Positions 12,847 to 24,429 of a DNA stretch of 64,000 bases are shown piece after piece. A program made the translations under genes and the position numbers. Source of the DNA: Glaucostegus cemiculus (taxonomy: Eukaryota); the NCBI GenBank assembly GCA_976551045.1, contig CDPCPM010000023.1, positions 2,666,001 to 2,730,000 of the forward strand, read 5' to 3'. The stretch's first letter is position 1. Each line of letters begins with the position of its first letter. The notes under the pieces were generated by a model that saw only the letters and a program-made list of their open reading frames with translations, did no database searches and was not told where the DNA came from.

Positions 12847-13502
12847 TGATCAGCTCAGTGCACGTCTCCACCTCCCGCGGCAGCACACCAGGGAAGCGAC
12901 CTCCCTCCGCGACATGTCTGATCGAGGAGATGGGCAAGGGCGACGACAACGATCGCATCGTGATAAACGTGGGAGGGACTAGGCACGAAACGTACCGGAG
13001 CACCCTGAAGACCCTGCCCGGCACTCGGCTGGCATGGCTCACCGAGCCCGGCGCCTTCGCCAATTTCGACTACGACCCCAAGGCGGGTGAGTTCTTCTTC
13101 GACCGCCACCCGGGGGTCTTCGCTCACATCCTGAACTACTACCGCACGGGCAAACTGCACTGCCCGGCCGACGTGTGCGGACCCCTGTACGAGGAGGAGA
13201 TCGCCTTCTGGGGCATCGATGAGACTGACGTGGAGCCTTGCTGCTGGATGACTTACCGGCAGCACCGAGACGCCGAGGAGGCTCTGGACAGCTTCGAGTC
13301 TCCCGATCTCAACAGCGGCGATGGTGACGGCGGCGGCGGCGGGGGAGACGGGGTCGGGGACTCGGAGGACGAGCTGGACACCAAGCGCCTCGCCCTCGGA
13401 GACTGTTCCCCTGAAGCCGGAGCGAAAGCCGGCTGGTGGAGGAAATGGCAACGCCGCATCTGGGCTCTCTTTGAAGACCCCTATTCCTCTAAATATGCAC
13501 GG
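12846..13502 (+). CDS. KCNC1: KCNC1/Kv3.1 coding exon 1: 28-aa N-terminal extension, T1 (BTB) tetramerisation domain and T1-S1 linker. The canonical Kv3.1 Met is at 12930.
   Basis: [37 protein letters not shown]...FDYDP...[37 protein letters not shown]...[21 protein letters not shown]...KRLAL...[15 protein letters not shown] is Kv3.1-like, including the compact T1 without the Kv3.2/3.4 insert and the Zn-binding HX5CX20CC motif. Phase-0 donor CGG|GTAAGG at 13502/13503. Confidence 0.96.
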
Positions 13503-16500
13503 GTAAGGGAGAAATACTCAACATAGCTCTGCAGCATTTACATCTGAACTACATCTCAAGAACCTGTTGGTCAAATGAATGGGTAGGGGGAGTTCAATTT
13601 CTAGAAACACCTTAAATTAATGAATATAGGGGACAAGTTTCCATTGAATTAATATCGTTAGCAGCAAGAAACGATCGCGATTTGGGGAGGCGCGGGTGGT
13701 GGGGGAGGCTGGGAGATATGTGTGGCAGGGAGAACCAACGGTGCAAACTACATAGAGTGCTTGGGAATGCAGAATAATTGTATGAGGATTCTAGGAGAAC
13801 CAGACTGCCATCCTGTTCTCCCGCTTTGGTACAGCGAGATGAGAAGACTGCAGATTGCAGCAGGTTCATGAAGCCAGGTCGTGGTTATAGCAAAACTGCG
13901 TGGACTACCAATAGATGTACCCTCGCTCGGCACATACTGTGGGTTAGAGGTGTCAGATATGTGGTTCAGATGAGCGCAAAAGTCCATTTTTTTCAGCACC
14001 CGGTAGCCTTTGCCGAGGGACGGTCTTCCGGTGGGATTTTTGTTTTAAAAAGATACAAATATTGATAATTGTCAATTAAATTGGTATGTTTGTTGGACGG
14101 TTTCAAGCATCTGGGTATATTGGAAAGCGGGGTTATTTTTAATTCGGAGAACTAGTCCTTCTGATCGAAGCCACGGAGATTACGCACAGCAGGAGTGCGT
14201 TTTAAATTGGGGCTCATTGATATTCCACAGGCGCACACTGTGGGTGCAGACTGCAGAGGAATCCAAGGGTCGTCACTGTAACCTCACGTCCTGGTTTTAA
14301 ATACATTTGAAAAAAAATATGGATCATCTTACTGAAGGGAGATAATGAATCACGACATTGTGCTTCTGTTTTTTTTTAAAGAAACTCGGGCTAGGAATAG
14401 CAAGAACAACACCAACAATATTTGCTGCAAAGACCCAAGCACCATTACAGTAAAGACATCCACAAGTGCCAGTGTACATTCAGCAGTTCTACAGTTCGTG
14501 AGATTTAACGTAAAATTGCTGGTATTTATTTATCCAGTCTTAAAGCTCCTGAGAGCGACTGTGATGAGGCCCCAGCTTTAAAACCTGCTGTTTTTTGTTA
14601 TTGTTGTACAAGATGTTGTGATACATTAATATCGCCGGCCTCAGAAAATGAAGGCTATCGATTTTCAGATTATTTGGAGACTGATGGCAGTCTGTATGTT
14701 CCGGACAAGCACTCAAACAACTCAAACACCTTAGCGCCCAAAGAATAAAACCACTTATTTCAGATTTGCTAAGAATCAGATTTCTGGGAGACTGATATGC
14801 ACAATGCAAAATTAGAAACAGTATTAACTGACAATGCAACCGATATTGAAGTGCCGCATCTAATTCACGTTCTCCTGCTAATATGCTAGCACACAGAACG
14901 TTCATTGCGCTGGTTTCTGAACGAATTTAGGTACGGTTACAGGGATATGGGAGAAGGCAGAAATACATACAGTGAAACAGACAGCATGTAAACAAGCATG
15001 TATGCGTATATCTTATATATCTCTAGTCATTCGCAGTATTTTTGCATACTACTTGTTGGATTGCGTCCAACCCAGTGTCATTCCTTCTCCTTCCCGTGCA
15101 TAAAGGTCCATCCTGAACAAAGCTTATCAACCCTTGTATGTGTTTGTATGGAAGGTTCACCAGGGACACTGGGATGTTTTTTCCAAGATGTCTAACGTGA
15201 TTCCTTCCGCTGTTATTTCAAGGAACAGTTCTTCTCATGCATCTACCTCTCACTGCACCAGAAACATGTTTCTGGGTGTTATTTTACTGTACTGCCTCAC
15301 AGAAATCCTGGAGAAAGGCACTAAGGGGCAAGGTCGAGGCTGTCAGGAAGCAGTGAGTGTTTCCTCGATGCTCCAGCAGGTGGTACCTGGCACTACGTCC
15401 GATTTTCCTGAAATCTCTGCAGTGGGAAAGGCGAATAGCTGATTAAACCAGCCGCAGAACACAGACAGACAACGTCGTCGCCCAGAAGCGATTCTTTGAA
15501 GCTTGGAAGTTAACCCTTTGGTCTGATGCATTGCTCAGAAAACGATGTCATCATTTGACCTTGAATCTGAAATAATGCGCCTTCTTGAACATTGCATAGC
15601 TCAAGAACGAGACTAGCCCTATAGATTGTCCACAAAATGCTGCTGGAGCTGGTGTGGATTCTGTATCCCAAGAAATTAGAAACAAATGACCTTCCTGGGT
15701 AGAATGCCCCAACCAACATCGACCAGACAGAGTTCTTTTCAGCAGCAATGTAGCAGTTATCTGGGCTTAATTAACGCAGTGTTGTCGGTAGCATATACAG
15801 GGGAAAATGTCTATTCAGTGAGAGAAACAAAAAAAAATAAGGGAAGAGTTTGACGACGGAGGCATAAATGATAATATGCATGGACCTCCCGGAATCAATG
15901 TTTATAATTAATTCCACATTTAGTGAGCACCTAAGAGCGTTTACATTGAATTGTTTTGCTGTCTGTCGCGTTTTCATGAATTCACAATTTAGTGGGTACC
16001 AATACAGAGCAAGTAAGATAACTGCACATTAACAACGAGACCAGACGTACTGAATGGCATTCTGAAGGACTGGGTTAGGCATGGAGAGGGTAAAGGAGGG
16101 AGAGGAGGAGAGGGGAATATGCATGGACTGGTTTCCTTCCAAGGAGAATAAACATATGGAGGGCGATGTTTGGAAAGAGCTTTGAACAGGTTAGGTGGTT
16201 TTTCATTTGACCTTCCTCAATGTCGCTAAATCAATAACATGACAATATCTAGCCGGCTAATTCTTCACTACGGTCATGAGAAGCAATCTCTTAAGGAGAA
16301 AATATGTTAGCCACAACCTTTGATCTAGTTGATGGTGGAGGTGGGTTGCAGATAAGAGTGGGATTGTTGGGGGAGAAGAAGAACTACAAGGCACGTTAGT
16401 TCTAATGTCATGCATGTGACCAGCCTCCCAGCCTCTCATCGTTCTCAGGCCACTTAACCAAACAACTTCTTGCCACGGGTGCCTCTTTAAAGGAATATTA

Positions 16501-17109
16501 ACGTTGAAATTGGATCATGCAACAGGTCACTTGGTGTCCTTTCACCCCTGGAACCTTGAATCAAAACCAAGCAGAGTTTTGAGATAAAAGTCAACTCTCT
16601 CAGCTTTGACCCTGCATAGAATTTAACTGACAGTCCAGATCCTGTTGCTGTTGCTGCCCAAAGCACATGGCTGATAGTAATTCTGTTCTAAAACACCAAA
16701 TTACAGAACATTAGAGGGCAGAAACAATACCTTTTAATGCATTTTTATGCATCACCAGCAAGGCCAACATTTCTCAGGATCCTTAATTTCTTTTGAGATG
16801 GTAGTGACCCACTTCTTGAACCAGTGCAACAGTTACATGTCCTCACACAATATTGGGGGTTACGGTGTTCAAAGGCTTTGAAACTACTATCTTTCATAAT
16901 GGTATTGTCTTGAATCCATATTGCTTACTTCTACTGTGTTTCTATCCTCCATGCAATGAGCTGCCAAAAACACGCACAATATTACAAAATAATTAAACTT
17001 CCTGTATAAATTCAAATTAATGTTCTTTTTGTTGCACATTTAAGGAACAATTAATAAAGCTGCAGCTTCTGTTTTTATTTCTTTTGGTGTTTAACTCTTT
17101 ACACTGACC

Positions 17110-17420
17110 ATAAAGTCATAGATTTAGCAAGGAAACAGGTCCTTCAGCCCACAGAATCTGTGCCAACCATCAGCACTGATTTTCACCAGTCCTCCACTAA
17201 TTGAATTTTATTTTCCCCACATTCCCATCAACACTTCCCAGATTCTACCACTCATTGATAAACACTGAGCAACTGACAGTGGCCAACTAACCTACCACCT
17301 GCCATCTCTGGGATGTGGGAGAAAACTGGAACACCCAGAGGAACCCTGTGCTGTCACAGGAGGCACCTAGGGTCAGGTCTGAACCCGGATTACTGGAGTT
17401 GTGAGGCTGCAACTGGACCA
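17110..17420 (-). mobile_element. V-SINE (HE1-like), diverged
   Basis: ggatgtgggagaaaactggaacacccagaggaaccc core in antisense, with a CR1-derived tail. Confidence 0.7.
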
Positions 17421-18835
17421 GCTCTATCAACTCACTGCATGACTGTGCCTTTCTTAATGGATGTGCACTGTAAGCCAGTGTTCATTTATCTGCCCTGCTG
17501 CATTTTAAATTGTATCATTTATGATTCCTCTCTTTTATTTCCAAAATATACAACCTCACTTTTTTTTTAATATTAAACTGTATTTGCCATCTGATTGCCA
17601 TTCTTCAAGAATGTAATCCTTATTGCAATTTGGGATTCCCTCAAAGTTTGTTACCTCCACCTCCCCTATCCCACCCCAAGTTAAAGCAGTACATGAGTAA
17701 ATCTTTCACTTTGTTGAACCCAGGGAGTCAAGGCCAGCTATATTCTTGAGGTGATGTGAGATTTAAAGGGTAAGAAATTTCTGACCAAGGTATGCAAATG
17801 TAACTCAGTCACCATTTTAAAAGCATAAACACTATGTGTTATTGTTATGTTCACTCTTTGATTTCACTATTATTTATACAATATAGTGCCTCAGTTTTGC
17901 ATTTCCCAATTCCTTAGCTTGTACTGCAAAAATACTTTTACACTAACAAACTTAACTGAAATTACTCTGTGTTTTGCAGGAAAGTGCATTTATAGTGGAA
18001 GCAGTTTATGCAGGCAGTTTCCATTATAAACAGGAATTGATAATGAGAAAATTGATAGAAAGAGTACAATGAGGCTCAAAATATATTGACCACAAATACA
18101 GACAATCCCAGCATAACCCCTTGTAATTTACTGCTCATACTCTTCCAGTCTGAAAAGCTAACTTACTCCTTCATCTCCTTCTATCTACCTATTTGGCAAT
18201 ATTCTCTTAATTTTGCATGGATTTACCTTTGCCAATCACCTCCCATGCGACTCCATACCAATGCTTGTAGAACATCCATACAAAATTACTTCCACTAGAT
18301 TTCCTATATTTATTCCCTTGTGTTATTTCATCAAAGAGTTCAAATACACCAAGAATGACTTTACTTTCAGAAAAATGCAGTGATTGATCTCAAGTAGCTT
18401 GTTTAACCCACATTGTAGACTGAAGCCTAATGTACCAATACTCCATTTTTGAACAAAATTGGAATTCTGTCATCCCCAGTCTCCTACCAAAGTTCTACTT
18501 CCCCAAATATTTTGCAACATTTGATTATCCTGTTATTTGCTAGATCATTGTCTCCATTTCTCCTTCATGAGTTATTTCATCTTCTTCAGTTTTTTCTCTT
18601 TAGCCTTTCAATTTGATAATAGATTTATAACAAATTTAACAGATTTGTTTTACACTTTTCTGCGCTGATCATATTTTTCACCATTTCATTCTGAACCCAC
18701 AGATTTAACCATCTCACTCAAGTGGTTTGTCAGCCACAAATTTTAATAATTTCTTCATTACCATCTCTTGAGTTAAAATGACTTTACAATCTTAATATTC
18801 ACTTCCTTTCTTGAAACCAAGGTACATTGTTTCCA

Positions 18836-21420
18836 GAACACAAGAACAGAAGAAAATAGGAGTAGGCCACCTGGCCCCTCAAACCTGCCCCACCATTCAA
18901 TATGATCATGGCTGATCGGCATTGGCCTCAACTTTTCTTCCATGCCAGTTGCCCATAACCCTCAATTCCTCAATCTTTCATAAAATTATCAACCTCCATC
19001 TTAAATACTTCAAATACCACAACCTTCTGGAGTACAGAATTCCAGAGATTCACCACCCTCAGTGAAAAGAAATTTCTATGCATCACCATTTTAAATGATC
19101 ACCTCCTTATATTCTAACTATGTTCCTTTGTTTCTCACTCTCCAATGCCAGCTTGTCTCCATTTTTCAAATGACTATTACTTTTATATTTAATACCCTAT
19201 TACTATGACAATGATTTTAAATACCATTTTCCTTAGCTCACTTTCAGCTTGTCTAATGGGTCTACTGATAGATTTCTTGACAATTGCTATTTCAAACAAC
19301 CTCTTTCCCATGTCTACAATCATAGGTCACTTGACCTCTCATGCCCACTCCATTATTCAGTAAAATCATGGCTTATCTTTTACGTCAAGTGCCACTTTCC
19401 TACACTAACCCCACTTCTCTTGATTCCTTTAATATCCACAAATTGAATCAATCTACCCATGTACTGAATAAACTCTGCAGCTGAATGTTCGTTACACTCT
19501 TGGGTAGAAGATTCACCACCTTCTTGAAGAAATTTCTTTTCACCTCAGTCCTAAATGGCCAATTTCTTATCTAGAGACTGTAACCCCTGGTTCTAGACAC
19601 TTCAGTCATATGAAAAATCAACACAGAAGCTACTCGATCAAGCTGCATAAAAACTTTGCAGTCTTGAAGAGAATATAGGCTTAGTTTGAATAATCTCTCC
19701 TCACAGGACAAACACATCATCCCAGGGATCAACCAGCTAAACCATTATTTCATTTCCTCTATAGCAAATATATCCTCTGTTAGATCAGACATGTACAAAA
19801 TAATCCATATTTGGCCCTATCTACCTATTTGGCAATATTCTCTTAATTTTGCATGAATTTATCTTTGTAAGACACTGGAGCAAGACACCTTTCCTCCCAA
19901 CTCAAATCCTCATGCAATAAAAGCCAACATATTGGTTAACTTCCTAATTGTTTGCTATGCTTGCACATAAGTTTTCAGTGATGTGTGTACAAGGTCATGC
20001 AGGTCCTACTGAATACCAGTATTTTTCAAACTTTTATATTTAAAAACACACTTCTTTTTTCCTACCATAATGGATAACATGTTTCCACATTATATTTCAT
20101 CTCCCATGTCCTCGCTGGTTCACATTACTTGTCCATAACCCCTGAAGCCTCTCTACCTCATCCTCAAATCTGCTATCAGGAAACTTAAATATTATACCAA
20201 TCCAAATCACTAACATAAACTGCGAATAGCTGAGGCCCCAATACCAATTCTCATGGCATCTCACTGGTCACAGCCACCCATTCCAAAAAAAAGTACGCAT
20301 TTATTTCTATCATCAGTTTTTTGTCCACTGTCAAAATTTAGTCCAAGGCAATATATTATTGCACTCTAATGTGCTCTAACTTTGTTTAATAACCTCTTTC
20401 ATTGAAACTTATAGAAAGCCTTCTGAAAATCCATTGATTTCCTTCATCTATTCAGTTAGTCTAATAGAGTTGTCACACATTCTTCCATGTTGACTGCCCA
20501 AACTTATTTTCTAAGTGTTTGTTCCCATGAGCATTTAACCTACCACCGACAGTCCAATTGGTCTGTAGATATTAACTCTCTCTCTCTCCCTTTTTTCTTA
20601 AAAACAAGTTATATTTGCTGCCTTCAATTTGGGGGTTAGGTTTTTTAGTTTTAGTTTTCCATTTTTAAATTCTGCTGATTTCTTTCAGCTTCTCATTCAC
20701 TTTAGACCTGTTCTCTCCATTATCTGCAGGCGGCTCTCCGAGTCCTTTGTCGTGAAAATGGATACAAAAGATGTGTTTAATTTCTTTGGCATTTCCTCAT
20801 TTTCTAGTCTAATTTTTCCTGTCTCAGACTGTAAGGGATCCACATTAACTGGAATAATCTTTTCCCTCTTCGATACCTACAGCCACGTATACAGTCTGTT
20901 TTCTTGCCACTTTCTTATCAATTTCTCGGTCTTCCTTTGTTGAATTCTGAATATTTCCCCATCGTCAGGTTTACTGCACTTTTTGACAACAGTATATACG
21001 TTTTTCTTGCTCTAAAACCATCTCATTAGCTATAGTTAGACCACCTTTCCCAATGTTTTTTTTATCTTAAAGAGATGTAAATGTTCCTGGTAAGCTATAT
21101 ATAAATTTAATAATTGTTGGCCATTACTTGTTTACCGTTGAATATAGTTTCCCAATATACCATAGCCTATTGCTGCTTCATAGTTTGCTTTCTTTAGATT
21201 TAAGTCTCTGGGTTCAGATTGAACTAAATAAATTTTAATTTTCACATAAAATCCTATCATGTTATGATCACCTTTCTCTAAAGGTCTCTTAACTCAGATA
21301 ATTAATTAACCCTTTCTGATTGCACAAAATTATATCTAAGATAGCCTATTCCCTCATTGATTCAATAATGAACTGCTATATACAAAAAATCTTATACATT
21401 CCATGAATTTGTTTTCCATG
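18836..21420 (-). mobile_element. Fragmented antisense CR1 LINE(s)
   Basis: Antisense 3' end (agaacacaagaa...ggccacctggcccctc) and RT remnants (aaagccttctgaaaatc = DFQKAF; ggccccaataccaattctcatggcatc = GxPxxLVLGP). Confidence 0.75.
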
Positions 21421-24400
21421 TTATCGATGCAAACTTTTCTCTCCCTATTTTAAAGCTGAGATAATTTCACTTTCCTTCTGTGGAACCGTGATCTTTGAGA
21501 CATTTGCTTTTACCTTTATTGAGGTAGACATAATTTGTATCCTTTACATCTCCTGGTTAAATAGATACAATTGCTACATTTCCATTTGCTAAATTTCCTT
21601 TACATTTAGCCTGGGGAAGTTTCTTTTCTCCTGTTTTAACTTAAACATTTCCATTCAATAACTCACGTTTTTACTTTCCTATTACCATTCTTAATTTTTG
21701 TACAGGGCTTAATTATACTTCAGCTGCTGCTTTTCAGATATTCTCCATACCTTTATGACATTATGATTTACTACTTTACAATGACTCTGATCTAGAGAAT
21801 CCATGATAGGGAAGTGAAAAATGTCACCCAATTGTTCTCTAATACTTTCTTAGACTTTGGGGCAAATTGTTGGACCAGTGTAAAGGAAATTACTCTGCAT
21901 CTGATTGTTCTGTGTCTGAAGTGGAGATGTTTGGCAGTGATAACATGCCTAAGGTGGTTCCACTTTCCTTTCTTTGCCTTGATTAAATAACAAAAAATCA
22001 CATAAAAATTTCAAAATGTAAAATATAAGTGTATTAAAGTAGTTGCATTTTGTGTCCAAACTGGACACAAAATTTGTATTGCTGTATTTTTTGCCATTTT
22101 TAATTAAAATTCTTGAACGCTGGAATACAACCAGATTTTATGCATCATTGTCTTACACTATTGTAAGTTGAAGGATACCTGTATATTTATTTGTGGGGTA
22201 AGGTGCTGGGATCAGTGGATGGGGTTGCTGGCTTGTAGCTTACCAGCCCATGGTTTTCCATTCACACATTTACACAAGCAGAAGAATTGTGTCCTGGTGA
22301 TTACAGAAGCAGAAATCCCAGGATAGTTTCATAGGATCATAGAAATATAGAATGTTGTGGTACAAAAGGAGGATATTTGGCCCATCAGATCTATTACAGT
22401 TCTTTGTCATCTGTAACTTAGTCAGTAGGATTTTCCTGCTGCTTTCAATACAATTGCAAATTATTTCTCCTCATGTGCCAACTTGTTTCATTTTAGAAAG
22501 CATTAATTGATTGTTTCCACACTCTAGCAGGCAGTAAGTTTCAGATCATAATCCCTCCCTGCATTAAAAGTTTTTTTCACACTCCCACCCATATCTTTTA
22601 GCCATTACTTAAATTTGTATCGCTTGAGCCATCTGCTAATGAAGACAAATTCTCTCCATCTATCCTAGGTAATTTTGTCAAAAAATTCTTTCTTAAAGAG
22701 AGAAAAGAATTCAAGGAAAAACATGAAATAGCACAAAATTAACATGAATGTCAAACATACTTATATATTGCTTTTTCAGCAGAATTATGACCGTGAATTA
22801 TGTTAAGGTGTTGACTATCAGCTGTCTGATTCCATTCTGTTGCTGCAGCATGTTAAAATCAAATCTATTGTTTGCTAATGAGATTGCAGAGTGGTCAGGT
22901 GCTGTTTAAGTATTTGTAGAGATCCATAGTATTTCTACGATAGAAGTCACATTGAATTATTTATGTAATGCAAATTGCATGCTTCACAGAGCTCGCCCCC
23001 ACCACTCCCCCACCCCGTGTTCAAGCCTGCCATGAGGGGGAGTTCGTGTGTGAGGCGGGCGTGTAAGGAGGGATTACACCACACTATCCAGGGTATATTC
23101 AGCATTTGTTTCATGTCAATGAGGTTTCCTTTATTAATTTTCTGTTTCTAATTGGAAATGACACTTGCTAAATAAGTCACCTAGAGTTAGCACCAAGTAC
23201 TCTTGTTTCAGTTGGGTAGGAGATTTTTCAGTTCTTTTCCCTTGGCAATTTTTGATCTATGTTTGGAGCAGGCCAGCCCCTCCCCTTGGAAAAGCTGTCC
23301 CAGATACAGTAAAGCACTCTCTATGTTAACTGACAAAACAGAAAAATATTAAGCATAACTCATCCTATCTAACCCCTGCATGCAATTCCATGTAAATGGG
23401 GATTTAAAACTTCCTCTAAACTACGCCATCGAACACTGTCATCAGGAACGAAAGGATATACTGGAACAGTAAAATCCCACCGCAAGGTACATCAAGCTGA
23501 GCCTCAAAGTTCAGAAAAAATAATTACTTCTTGTAACCCCCATTTCCTGCCATCACTGAACATCCATTCTGAGCTGGTTGTGAACCTACTGTCCAAAGTG
23601 AAAGACTGACAGACTGTCCTATTGAAGCACTTAATCCAGTCCCTGAGGATCCCTATTATTTAATGATTCCTTAGTATATTTAATTCTGTTATCTTCCCCA
23701 ACAATATCAAAGAAGCTAAGACCTTATTTTATTTCCATTTTAACAGCTGCTGTAAGCACACTTGCTTGACCTTAGTTCAACTTTGGTGAAGAGATTGGAA
23801 CTAGACAATTATTTTTCAGTTTGGGACCCATGTTTAAATCTAATTTAGGTTTAAGAGATAGCAGCTTCAATCGTCTGTGGGCTGTGAAAGTCCTTTGTGG
23901 AATGAACCCAATTCTTTTAACTGAACAATAATTGGCTATCTCACTTAGCACCATCACGCAAAGTCTGATGTGTTAAACAGAAAAGTATTCAGGAAATAGA
24001 ACATGAGAATGAAAATTACATGGCTGTTGTAGTACATCACTTTCTAAATGCTAACGGCCAAAGCCATGCACATCTATCCAAAGCAACATTCACAAAACAA
24101 TTCAGACAAAATAGAGCAGTATTTTTTATTTTTGCAAAACTTTGGCAAGGTTCTTATAGAGTAAACCAATATCAATAAATGTGCCATAAAACTACCAGAT
24201 TGTAATAAAAACCTATCTGGTTCACCAATGTCCTGCCATCCTTATCCAGTCACATGGGACTCCAGACCCATGGCATTGTGGTTGACTCCTGACTGCCCTC
24301 TGAAAAAGCCCAGCAAGCCAGTCAGATGTATCAAATTGCTCCTATTAAATACTGTTAAGAATTTAACTGCATAGACCGCCCAGCATTAATGTTGGCACCG

Positions 24401-24429
24401 AAATCAGGTGTGGAAAAGATACTCTCCCA

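Larger units (their letters stand above)
12400..13510. promoter_or_regulatory. CpG island / promoter-5'UTR-exon 1 of KCNC1; raised CpG continues to about 16 kb
   Basis: Abrupt rise in GC and CpG against strongly CpG-depleted flanks. GC-box-like GAGGCGGGG and GGGGCGGC near 12786-12812. The TSS cannot be determined from sequence. Confidence 0.85.

Noticed and set aside
12297-13506. Overlapping antisense and alternative-frame ORFs (12855-13451, 12734-13063, 12605-12982 and others)
   Set aside because: Expected stop-codon scarcity in a GC-rich island, with no recognisable protein.
12846-13526. Calling the gene KCNC4 (Kv3.4) because of the MISSV... N-terminus
   Set aside because: T1, S1-S2, the proximal C-terminus, the [10 protein letters not shown] read-through tail and the ...AVRVT last exon are all Kv3.1-diagnostic.
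13503-13526. ORF extension VREKYST* after exon 1
   Set aside because: Intron sequence after a strong GTAAGG donor.
13992-14008. Second RE1 (TTCAGCACC-CGGTAGCC)
   Set aside because: Only the left half-site matches. The spacer and right half deviate.
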